Origin: Akkermansiaceae bacterium
Lineage (GTDB): Bacteria; Verrucomicrobiota; Verrucomicrobiia; Verrucomicrobiales; Akkermansiaceae
Reading direction: 5' to 3'
Assembly (NCBI GenBank): GCA_051251915.1
Contig: JBPOGF010000001.1
Coordinates: 64,001-128,000 of the forward strand
Length of the DNA: 64,000 bases
A model generated the notes under the pieces. The model did not search any database. It had not been told where the DNA came from and was given only the letters and a program-made list of their open reading frames with translations. The position numbers and the translations under genes were made by a program. Below are positions 52,201 through 58,741 of the stretch, in pieces. Numbering within the stretch: the first letter of the stretch is position 1; each line of letters begins with the position of its first letter.

Positions 52201-52293
52201 AAGGAGGTGAAAGCTAAGTTTAATGATGGTGAGCGCAAAAGATATAATGAAAGTGTGAAGGATGCGACTGAGAATCTGAAAGAGAAGAAGTGA
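43288..52293 (+). CDS. Giant exported TPR/alpha-solenoid protein (3001 aa)
   Basis: Signal-like N-terminus; many TPR-like units in the first ~930 aa (e.g. LAEAFGEAGDYEKAKTVYRDLLKVSPND); the remainder looks helical. Confidence 0.85.
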   Translation: MSKKLLIFLASCSLQLPSMAQVEAVQPDAKLLKYHTVLLKRPESTALFQRFQTAWLAQYPEQTLEKFLREQSVDSAEGKQLLAYYLLQKGSDIEASKVLSKAIAEEAGNPQLLVDRARAYARLLEFNKALMDLDGALKLAGDDESLTLTVNKLKGRYLTRQGKTDEAVAHWQKLVKENPQDQELSEDVIDILMADSLAPSAVKLARDLRDNTKDPYKRALRTLRISDILVKQGLRDEALETLDTTLELSGASSWLEREILGQIQAVYKREDNLVGLTTHLEKLSKAYPQRAALRLKLAEAFGEAGDYEKAKTVYRDLLKVSPNDEVMRTAYLQLLMRSGDYMTARQLIDSMLKNNPTSPELHLHRASLSHQLKDKEGTIKSLDSYKSNVAKSHVSSLKYAELLKKYGHDAEAVAAYKSVITEFPDSIVAQFKVADFLFLSGDKDGAKELWLSIAKKADKTNIVTLLEKLVQSDQLKLASEIVAEHRDQFKTNAAFLISAIQVSERNKQLDIAQKDAKSLVILSTQPIEIDSAIATASRIIGKSSTADDEVKLLKAKATRTVSEEFLLANLYELIGDVKNSNEIITGLASSEDPVALLQTARIYERRFQLSKAAETMEKLITLAGQLKATHLRHLSQIYQRGGNGELALSTIQKWKKLAPNDKQVWLAEVSLLEQVKGSEAALESLRKGAQKFENDTEIYAKLADLNLDLGHYSQAILLYWRLYDDSNDMTSQIRWASELARAHQNDGRMSDLVDELNTRRRNSPKAIAPIMALAEVYRVNDQMEERRNLLLEATRLRPDEVGILYEIASIDHKEGDQSKAIDILRKAQKLDKTGTATKKLAQLLLEEGNFEEGLRELTSLGDGKDDARTVESIALSLISQQAHDEAKVYLAKHLLEHPEDWRLKFIDCLLDYELGYAQRSFDTALALLDESTPLKNITTGWQANVGANGGMIDFKVLPKAYQTYFVLPTGKQMLDQFILGGGNMYSSYSYRNNAGLVGYLPRDEDSLKVLVYAQLVNLLDEFAPKEQAEKIKIIEQAGHKQMALYTELLNDKSGQSNGRNFGMQEGADGFLKKALVKYPDDKFLNNLQMLQLFSQMQTKLPKEQLDKLLKWNKEEPDSYLYEIASVFTDEESKPEDYLKELLAEIKKAKEVSDVKMMAVMVASQHYFMDKDSGMPKEVADVYLRYQEESKTKVSSNAVGGAYGYNVSAYVEQALKFILFMGDDYEKIVKELEKTQSQGRQYYRDRTAAFPPRGLSSVNEAQLGLLSKNQYGGPSLKPKRVGESLNLFKNPVLRLIAKHYADPKADLLPDIEKLKGQENYAADGHLLHAGLLLRDGKPLKLRVEQMEMARAKSVSKVQRQELDQTILAAALSFKTGEEFSKELSEESQESIRGTARRMLLSRAITDPTEINNVLEKLGMQAESARFLTKDKQSIRKAIVAKGGLTGMVMSSSGTVPRRTNNTTKSATLADKLKKAQQKNNDNLAITLLETELKKQLKSNNGNYELEQTKSLIQRAKLGGKILEKFHPRDSTSPRRWLSYYQVAKLLENAQAQQLSIDFLGGLTHVPSQGRTPLALAIYSQKPAKALDLLKKSRDLSPVVSKLMEDFNSVKSKPVQYLAVMEFSEKFLAEVDPESAAASQVSQNLDSMMSTYLSVSSAYYRDNKRELNAVKGKLAVRRETAFKGLLEQCLKFGSTSDHAFKLLQHFDGEKAKHVDQFIAYAKSGLLSAGNGKPDIDYVNPTIYNENAGRIDYLVKHILNVKNTDALDDEYLKQLSLVNPQLGANLSIIKRYLLADEAGLLAGIKSIKHSDDLVIFTHWKNFLMFKGSAKVKLEYAKVLLDYMEHIDEQDHEYYRMIYTSLQSNPNNAMYGDGFLKDEISSIIPILFENSQLNKLINLNDGLAKKILEGATDKQKVWKQHQNTYSYTAGGFRVILFKALSRQLSLNPLTHVRNADLLAKHEYVIDVNRYSGYNNDDVSDSLIESLVLAKILTSVDEIKLEKLSKKTEKKEDMFMSGSSSLTAKDKQFDQYVIQVVASDFSSYQKRENFKLRMASVPKKQRYGAQLLLAVSDNMDFDDFIRQNVKDIRKASKEHKLALAEIFDLKNQAKHRSFLKSNNFGDLLPMEKSNLDLKSSPETVQFLSRTKPFVQNEFYAAETFIKEYIQNNVYTDLETTYKVLGHYVTLLEKSKGAGQAHYKTSADHSNFIQVALTDNVFDSLKRQKVDQHLLLRLAYRLTKHPLHNKIGFRLLIATTMPANWHQSVPGKKGLPAVEVILLGAAKKYKALKNEDEKAFFKAAWGVYFTSYEWYQKLHFEIGFKHDFVHGLVEKYPKHNEFFEMVDLLRKYEFYPVNYALYSSTKGTNLRKQAHTNQDWYRSVNSPELVKFVSSLPPYCRVIYLSALTNNKGFLPFLVQDEAYVPLCVNSLSDAVEADADIGYSNDSRYLLMLYKDLGEVDEKLKEKWMDACETIVLSLIQHIDERNMIHQNHFINACLSLAINDEGAKRLDAIYQKHPEKFLHLKDVAQIFLVYGYLDNIKAILPSLGKGVYLSQFDRLYHTASVDENLPKLLAMYDSDVERLELHALMFMKPSIQITDKNSNHYERVQALAKEYSRVMNPQNMRLLTTVFHIINKGASAQASVLMGDYWKVLEKARPNYFEEYIALALKGEGAFPTSTDGYTMRAYTKYCLLTKSNAANIKWMTNAVNKTFSKTPLHYKAKFFLDSILGAAYETMHELYAEGKDEELKKILPVIRAINSLTAKYDGTRNASYYSRYRGAYYTGRYSPMAVNRNITAFIHNSVGEVKAFEQWKKTVKGKPKSLLLAKRNRLPHAYSTDISILGSIPGEPLNENYIQFFKRLFNNQFYQRYVTEWQLEYDNISDMADRGQMTFKQGLDVYEHIKIDYKVPAFESVVMRDLAHFEARAGNHDKMLSYYQKMHEILLKHPIKNPRSYVRGYLHAIEDFVIAKRYEEVLTFVPKEVKAKFNDGERKRYNESVKDATENLKEKK

Positions 52294-52340
52294 AGACTAG
52301 GTGCTGAGGAGCGGCTTTTAAGACTTTATCAACATGTGTC

Positions 52341-52432
52341 AGGCTTTCAGCCTTCTTATTCTTTGGGGACTATTTACCCATGTTTTGCGCTTAGCTGACC
52401 ATGGGCTGAATATGTATTACCCTTTCAGGGCT
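52341..52432. repeat. Cluster of short palindromes (REP/REPIN-like) between convergent genes
   Basis: AGGCT-ttc-AGCCT (52341-52353), CCCATG...CATGGG (52377-52405) and CCCT-ttc-AGGG (52420-52430). Confidence 0.5.
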
Positions 52433-52506
52433 GGGGATTGCATTATGTAGATAGATTTTATTGCAAAGTGCTGGTTGCAGAGCGGACGAGGCTTCACGTT
52501 CTTTTT

Positions 52507-55017
52507 TTAGATTCTGCGGGTGTAGATGCTGCCGATGGCTAGGGCGATGCCGATGAGGGCGAAGGTGGGGAGGCTGTCTTTTTCGATGGCTGCTGCTGGG
52601 AGGTTGTTGCGGATGCCGGTGAGGTCTGGTTTGGGGAGGGCGTTGATGGCGGTGATGGGTTGTTGGTGGAGTTGGTATTCTGCGGGGTAGGGTCGCTGCC
52701 AATAGAGGGTGGTGGATTTTCCGTCTGCGGTGTCGGTGAGCTGGAGGAAGATGCGTTCTTTGCCTTTTAGGGGGATGGAGGTTTGGTAGCTTCCTAGGCC
52801 GGTTTGCTGGAGGGAGACGTCGAGACGGTTGCCTTTTCCGTCTAGGGCATCGACTCTCCATTTGACTTTGTTGAGGTGGCGGTTGGCGTCATCTTTGCGG
52901 GTGATGTTGAGGTTCCATGAATCTGCGATGATGTTGCTGGTGGTGGAGATGCCACGGCCGTCGTCTTTGCGGAGGATGGAGCGGAGGGTTTGGTCCCAGA
53001 ACTTGCTGCAGGCTGACCAACTGAGCCACTCGGAGCCCCATTTATCGCTGAGGTCTGAGGTGTAGGCGAAGGTGGTGCCTAGGCCGTAGCGGGAGGTGGC
53101 TAGTAGCGGGTCGCCGGTTTCGGCTGCTAGGACGACTTTTGCGGTTGGTTTGGCTTGGGTCATGACGTAGCCCATGATGAAGGGGAGTTCGGCGGTTTCG
53201 AAGCCGTTGAGTAGTGGGTGTTCGCCGATTTGGACTGAGCCGTAGAGGTCTTCTTTGATGGCTGATTTGGATGCCTGCATGGTTTCCTTGGTGAAGATCT
53301 GGGGGACGTTGGCTGGGTCATTGGTTTCGTAGTATCTGCCTTTACCTGTTTCTGCGATGGCAGCCATGAGTTCTCTGGCGGCGCCTTCTCCCATGGCGAC
53401 GGTGGAGATGGTGACGCGTGAGGCGGCTAGTTGCTCGGCTAGGCCAATGTAGTCTGCTTCTGGGGTGTGGCCGTCTGATAGGATGATGATGTGTTTGATT
53501 TTGGCGGAGGTGGAGTCTAGCATGTCCTTGGCTTTTTGGAATGCTGGGTAGAGGTTGGTGCCGCCGCTGGCGTCTAGGGTGTCTATGGAGTCTAGGATGG
53601 TGGCTTTGGCGGATGCGGAGGACATTTCTACGATGACTTGTGGTTCGCCATCGAAGCCGATGACGGCGATCTGGTCTTGGGCGCCGAGGAGGTCGACTGC
53701 GGCTTTGGCGGCGGTGCGGGCGAGTTGGATGGGGACGCCTTGCATGGAGCCGGATTTATCGATGACTAGGACCATGGCGAGGCTGGGCTTTTGTTTTTCT
53801 TTTTCGTAGCGTGAGGTTAGAGGTAAGATTTCATCGATGGGGGTCTGATAGTATCCTCCGAGTCCGAATGAGTTTTCTGAGCCAAGCATTCCGAGTCCGC
53901 CGCCGAAGTCTGAGACGTAGCTTTTGAGTTCGGTGAGTTGTTGGACAGTGAGGTCGGTAGCTGGGACGTCTGCGAGGATGATGGCTTTGAAGGCGAGCAT
54001 GTCTTGGAGGGTGACTGGGAGGCCATTGGCTCCTCGGACATCGATTTCTATGCCTTGTTTGCGCATGGCGCGGGTGAATTCACGCATGGCTTTTGGTTCT
54101 TTGTGGATGACTAGGATGCGTGGGGTTCCGGAGACGGTGATGTTGGTTTTGGCTTGGTTGTTGGCGGGGAAGTGGTCGTCTTCGGGTTGGATTTCTACTG
54201 CCCAGCGGCTGATGCCAGCGGTGGTCATTTCTGCATCGAAGCCAATTTTGTTAGGTTTGTCTGGTGAGAGGGTGACGTCTTGGTTCTGGACTACGACGCC
54301 TTGGTGGAGGAGGCGGACGGAGCATTTCATTTCTTTGCTGGTGGTGATGTCTGCTTGCATTCTGACAATTTCTCCTTCGTAGGCGGTGGGGACGAGTGCT
54401 CTGAAGTCGGTGACTGCGGCTTCGGCTTTTTGGAGGCCTTGGGTTTGCAGGAAGCTGATTTCTATGCCTTCGTTTTTGAGGGTGTTTACTGAGTTGGCTG
54501 CGTCTGGGTCAGTGGGGACGCCGTCTGAGAAGAGGACGAGTCTTCTGGCTTTGTTAGAGGGGAATTCTAGTCTGGTGGTGAGGAGGGCTGAGGAGAGGTT
54601 AGAGGAGGATCTGAACTGGGCGTCGCCGCCGTCTAGCTCGGCTTTTTCTGCAAATTCTTTGATGTCATTGATGGTGACTTTTTTGGTTTCGCTGGCGAAT
54701 AGGTAGATGGAGTGGGTGTCTGAGCCGCTGAGGGAGGCGATGGATTCTTCTATTTCTGTTGCGGATTTTTCTATGCCTGCGGGTGAGACTGATGCGGAGC
54801 CGTCTACGAGGTAGACGACGTGGACGTTGTCTGCTTCTGATTTAGAGAATGGTTTGCAGAGGGCAAGGATGAGGAAGAGGACGGCTAGGAGCCGCATGGC
54901 GAAGGAAATGATTTTCCAGTGTTTGGGGCGATCAACTAGTGAGAGCCAGAAGCCGGCTCCTAGGAAGATGAGTGCAGGGATGAACCACCAGAGTTGTGAG
55001 ATGTTAGAGAAATTCAT
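52507..55017 (-). CDS. Membrane-anchored double-VWA protein with a glutamine-amidotransferase-like domain
   Basis: N-terminal TMs, MIDAS motifs VDGSAS and IDKSGS with SDG motifs, IILADVPA...GGGLGMLG...GGY and a C-terminal TM. Confidence 0.85.
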   Translation of the reverse strand: MNFSNISQLWWFIPALIFLGAGFWLSLVDRPKHWKIISFAMRLLAVLFLILALCKPFSKSEADNVHVVYLVDGSASVSPAGIEKSATEIEESIASLSGSDTHSIYLFASETKKVTINDIKEFAEKAELDGGDAQFRSSSNLSSALLTTRLEFPSNKARRLVLFSDGVPTDPDAANSVNTLKNEGIEISFLQTQGLQKAEAAVTDFRALVPTAYEGEIVRMQADITTSKEMKCSVRLLHQGVVVQNQDVTLSPDKPNKIGFDAEMTTAGISRWAVEIQPEDDHFPANNQAKTNITVSGTPRILVIHKEPKAMREFTRAMRKQGIEIDVRGANGLPVTLQDMLAFKAIILADVPATDLTVQQLTELKSYVSDFGGGLGMLGSENSFGLGGYYQTPIDEILPLTSRYEKEKQKPSLAMVLVIDKSGSMQGVPIQLARTAAKAAVDLLGAQDQIAVIGFDGEPQVIVEMSSASAKATILDSIDTLDASGGTNLYPAFQKAKDMLDSTSAKIKHIIILSDGHTPEADYIGLAEQLAASRVTISTVAMGEGAARELMAAIAETGKGRYYETNDPANVPQIFTKETMQASKSAIKEDLYGSVQIGEHPLLNGFETAELPFIMGYVMTQAKPTAKVVLAAETGDPLLATSRYGLGTTFAYTSDLSDKWGSEWLSWSACSKFWDQTLRSILRKDDGRGISTTSNIIADSWNLNITRKDDANRHLNKVKWRVDALDGKGNRLDVSLQQTGLGSYQTSIPLKGKERIFLQLTDTADGKSTTLYWQRPYPAEYQLHQQPITAINALPKPDLTGIRNNLPAAAIEKDSLPTFALIGIALAIGSIYTRRI

Positions 55018-55026
55018 AAGTGTGGT

Positions 55027-56829
55027 TTAGTCTGCTTTTCTACGGTGATAGAGGATGGACTCGACGGTGAGGAAGATGATGCCGAGGACGATGAGCCAGA
55101 AACTTAGGGGGTAGCCGGTGGCTAGGTTGGTGAGGGTGGATGATGAGATTTTACTTTCTAGTAGGGAGTCATTTGCGGAGAGGAGGGAGGTTGAGACTTG
55201 GATGGGTTTGCCTTTGTTCTGCCAGCTGTAGATGCCTAGTTGGTTTAAGTTTAGGTTTAGGTGATCGTTAGAATTTTGCTTGGATGATGGGGTGGTGATT
55301 TCGCCGTCTATTTCTTCTGGGTTGAGGGAGAGTTGGCTTCCGGTGGCGTAGGTGGAGGCTAGGCGGGCGGAGTTGCCGCTGAGGTAGGTGGCGGCGTCGT
55401 AGATCATGACTGGGAAGGATGGTGAGAGGAAGAAGTCGCCCTGGGCGGGGTTTAGGTTGATGACGATGATGGAGCGGTTGAGTTCGTTGATCTGGTAGAT
55501 GAGTGGGGTTTTGTCATCTGATTCTAGGATGATTCTGGCGGTGTCTGTGGTGGTGATTTTTTTGGCTCCAGGGAAGGTGAGTTGGTTGATGTCTGTGTGT
55601 CTGAGGATGGGGTGCTGGGGGTTTTCGGCGATGGCTAGGTTGACGATGAATTCTTCTCCAAGGTTGGTCCAGAACGGAGATGTTCCTGATGGTGAGAAGA
55701 TGATGACATTTCCGGTGATGTCTGCTGGGACGGAGCCGTGGAATACGGTGACGCTGGTGGTGTCTTCTGTTTCAGAGTCAGCAATTTGGAGTGAGCCGCC
55801 GGCGCGGGTGAAGGCGTCGATGCAGCGTTGGTAGAAGTAGTTGTCTTCTGTGGGGATTTTTACTGGGATGGTGGGGAGTTTGCGGAGGATGAGCTGGGCG
55901 GAGTTGTCTTGTGGGAGTGAGTCCTCGCGGAGGATGCGGGCTATCCATTCGCCTGGGGCAGCTTCTGGGATGTCTAGGAAGAAGGGGGCGTTGATGCCGG
56001 GGGTGAGGGTGAATTCTGAGAGTTTTCCTACTGAACCGGTGGCTGGGTGGAAGAGTTCTATTTCTACTTTAATCGGTTTTGTGAGTGATGATGCTAGTTT
56101 AACCATGCAGCGGGCTGAGGTGTCTCTGGGGTTGGGCTGGATGTCTGCGGCGATGATTCCGATGTTGTTTGGGGTTTCGTCGTCGGCGATGTTGAGGACT
56201 TCTATTCCGGTGGTGGTTTCAGGGAAGTTTGCGCAGCCGTCGGTGATGAGGAGGATGCGGTGGTTGTTAGAGTTTTCTTCCGAGTTTGTGCTTTGTGTGG
56301 TCTCTATGATGGTGGAGATGGCGTTTTGGCTGAGTGGGGTGATGCTGGGGGTGATGCTGTCTATTGCTTGGTGGAGACGGTGGGTGTTGTTGCTGAGGTG
56401 GGTGAGGAAGAGGAGATCGGAGTCTAGGACTGCGAGGGATGCACGTTGGCCTGCACCGAGTGATTTGATGAGGTCGTGGGCTTTGGTTTTGGCTTCGTCT
56501 AGGCGGATGTTGTCTGAGGTTCCGACTTTAGTATTCATGGAGGCGGAGCGGTCAATGACGATGATGAGGCTGCTGGTGTCTTCTTTGTGGAAGCTTGGCT
56601 GGCTGAGCCCTAGGATGATGAGGGCTAGGGCTATGAGCATGAGTAGTAGGGAGAGGAAATTTCTTAGCTTGCTGAAGAGTGACGTGTTGTTTTTTTCTTC
56701 AAATATTTGTTCCCAGAGAAACCAGGTGTTGGTTTGTTTTTTACGTGGCCTTACCTTGAGCAGGTAGGCTGCGACTAGAGGGATGAGGGCGAGGAAGCCC
56801 CAGAGGAATTGTGGTGCTAGGAAATTCAT
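55027..56829 (-). CDS. BatA-domain plus VWA membrane protein
   Basis: MNFLAPQFLWGFLALIPLVAAYLL BatA-type N-terminus, IDRSAS MIDAS, LLITDG and C-terminal TM LSFWLIVL...ESILYHRR. Confidence 0.88.
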   Translation of the reverse strand: MNFLAPQFLWGFLALIPLVAAYLLKVRPRKKQTNTWFLWEQIFEEKNNTSLFSKLRNFLSLLLMLIALALIILGLSQPSFHKEDTSSLIIVIDRSASMNTKVGTSDNIRLDEAKTKAHDLIKSLGAGQRASLAVLDSDLLFLTHLSNNTHRLHQAIDSITPSITPLSQNAISTIIETTQSTNSEENSNNHRILLITDGCANFPETTTGIEVLNIADDETPNNIGIIAADIQPNPRDTSARCMVKLASSLTKPIKVEIELFHPATGSVGKLSEFTLTPGINAPFFLDIPEAAPGEWIARILREDSLPQDNSAQLILRKLPTIPVKIPTEDNYFYQRCIDAFTRAGGSLQIADSETEDTTSVTVFHGSVPADITGNVIIFSPSGTSPFWTNLGEEFIVNLAIAENPQHPILRHTDINQLTFPGAKKITTTDTARIILESDDKTPLIYQINELNRSIIVINLNPAQGDFFLSPSFPVMIYDAATYLSGNSARLASTYATGSQLSLNPEEIDGEITTPSSKQNSNDHLNLNLNQLGIYSWQNKGKPIQVSTSLLSANDSLLESKISSSTLTNLATGYPLSFWLIVLGIIFLTVESILYHRRKAD

Positions 56830-57692
56830 TCTGTTAGGCCTCCTTTGCGGATGATGTGGGAAACGATTTTCTCGAAGTCATCGATGCTGGTGGTTTGGAG
56901 GTAGCCTAGGCCGCGTTTTAGGCAGGTGGCTTTGAGGTCATCGTTCCATTTGGTGATGGCTTTTTTGTAGGCTTCGGCTTCTTTTTTGGTGACGGTGACT
57001 TTGGTGGATTTTTTAGTTTCGATGCATTCTAAGAGGACGTCACCTTTCATGTCGCATTCGAGATCTTGAGGGTCGTGAATCTGGAGGCAGAAGACGTCGT
57101 GTCTGAGGCCTTGGAGGAGGCGGAGACCGTCGTTGAAGCCATTTGGGTAGAGGAAGTCTGAGATGATGAGAACCATGCCTTTTTTGTTGTGCCGGGCTTG
57201 GAGTTCTTTCATGCAGGCGGTGAGGTCGGTGTCGTTTCCGAAGGTCTCGTAGTTTTCTAGGTTTCTGAGAAAGGGGAGGACGGCGCCTTTTCCTCGGGAG
57301 GGTTCTTGGAGTTGCTGGAGTTTGTCTGCCATGCCGTAGGTGACGAGCCTGTCCATGCAGTTGAGGGCGATGTAGCCTAGGGCTGCGGCGAGTTGCTTGG
57401 CGTGGAGCAGCTTTGACTGCATGGAGTGGCTGGTGTCTAGGATGAGGTAGATGGTGGCGTCTTCTTCCATTTCGAAGAGCTTGATGAAGAGTTCTTCGGT
57501 GCGGGCGTAGACTCTCCAGTCGATGGCGCGGTAGTCGTCACCGAAGTTGTATTCGGAGTAGTCAGCGAAGGTGATGCCGGTGCCTTTTTTGCGCGACTTT
57601 CGGTCGGCCTGTAGTGACCCGCCTAGGACTCTGCGGGAGAGTAGGTAGAGGGATTCTAGTCGGCGGATGAACTTGGGGTCAGTGAAGGACAC
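56826..57692 (-). CDS. DUF58-family protein
   Basis: GITFADYSEYNFGDDYRAIDWRVYAR, LDTSHSM and ISDFL. Confidence 0.92.
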   Translation of the reverse strand: MSFTDPKFIRRLESLYLLSRRVLGGSLQADRKSRKKGTGITFADYSEYNFGDDYRAIDWRVYARTEELFIKLFEMEEDATIYLILDTSHSMQSKLLHAKQLAAALGYIALNCMDRLVTYGMADKLQQLQEPSRGKGAVLPFLRNLENYETFGNDTDLTACMKELQARHNKKGMVLIISDFLYPNGFNDGLRLLQGLRHDVFCLQIHDPQDLECDMKGDVLLECIETKKSTKVTVTKKEAEAYKKAITKWNDDLKATCLKRGLGYLQTTSIDDFEKIVSHIIRKGGLTE

Positions 57693-57735
57693 GTTGGAAT
57701 TTGATTTAGGAATTGAGACTCGGGTTTAGCGGGAT

Positions 57736-58725
57736 TTAGCGGGATTTAGCGATGGCTGCCTTGATGATGCTGTCTGGATCGATGCCTTCTGCTTCTCCTT
57801 CGAAGGAGAGGATGAGTCTGTGGCGGAGGGCGGGGAGTGCGACTGCGTCTACGTCCTCTTTGGAGACGTGGTATCTGCCATCGAGTAGTGCTCTGGCGCG
57901 TGATGCGGCGAGGATGGCCTGGGCGGCACGTGGGGAGGCTCCGTTTCTGACGTATTGGGTGACTTCTGTGGTGACGTTTTCGCCGTCTGGGTGGGTGGCG
58001 CGGACGATACGGACGAGGTAGCTCATGATGGATTCTGCGACGGGTATCTCGCGGATGGTTTCTCCCATGGAGATGATGTCTTTTCCGCTGGCTACGGGGC
58101 GGATTTTCGGTGTGGTGTTACCTCCGGTGCGGTTGAGGATTTCTAGGAAGTCGTCATGGTTTGGGAGGTCTAGTTTGAGCTTAAAGAAGAAGCGGTCTAG
58201 CTGGGCTTCTGGGAGCGGGTAGGTGCCGTCGTTTTCGATGGGGTTCTGGGTGGCGAGTACGAAGAACGGGAGTCCGATGGAGTGAGTCTGGTTGGCAACG
58301 GTGACGCGTTTCTCCTGCATTGTTTCTAGTAATGCGGATTGGGTCTTGGGGGTTGCGCGGTTGATTTCATCTGCTAGGAGGATGTTACAGAATACGGGGC
58401 CGGGCTGGAAGGTGAGCTCTCTGCGGCCGTCTTTTTCTGAGAGAATCTGGGTGCCTACTACGTCTGATGGGAGTAGATCTGGGGTGAACTGAATGCGCTG
58501 GAAGCGGAGTTCTAGGGCGGTGGCTAGGGTGTTTACTAGGGCGGTTTTACCGAGTCCTGGGACACCTTCTAGGAGGACGTGACCGCCGCAGCAGACTGCG
58601 ATGAGGACGTTTTCGATGATGTCGTCTTGTCCGACGATGAACTTGCTGACCTCATCTTTTACTTTCTGAAATCTCTCTCTGAAGTGGTTAGCTTTTTCTT
58701 CGATGTTTGTGGTGTCTGTGGTCAT
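57736..58725 (-). CDS. moxR: MoxR-family AAA+ ATPase
   Basis: HVLLEGVPGLGKT, RIQFTPDLLPSD, LADEINRATPKTQSALLE, ATQNPIE, GTYPLPEAQLDRF and GASPR. Confidence 0.96.
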   Translation of the reverse strand: MTTDTTNIEEKANHFRERFQKVKDEVSKFIVGQDDIIENVLIAVCCGGHVLLEGVPGLGKTALVNTLATALELRFQRIQFTPDLLPSDVVGTQILSEKDGRRELTFQPGPVFCNILLADEINRATPKTQSALLETMQEKRVTVANQTHSIGLPFFVLATQNPIENDGTYPLPEAQLDRFFFKLKLDLPNHDDFLEILNRTGGNTTPKIRPVASGKDIISMGETIREIPVAESIMSYLVRIVRATHPDGENVTTEVTQYVRNGASPRAAQAILAASRARALLDGRYHVSKEDVDAVALPALRHRLILSFEGEAEGIDPDSIIKAAIAKSR

Positions 58726-58741
58726 GATTTTGTTATGGAAA

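Noticed and set aside
52391..52861. 156-aa R/P/H-rich minus-strand ORF
   Set aside because: Out-of-frame overlap with the VWA gene; its composition reflects C/A-rich codon bias
55841..56767. 308-aa plus-strand ORF, and similar antisense ORFs at 59370-60083, 36269-36883, 39853-40440 and 41713-42420
   Set aside because: They lie opposite well-supported genes, have low-complexity S/M/R/W-rich translations and are expected shadows of biased codon usage
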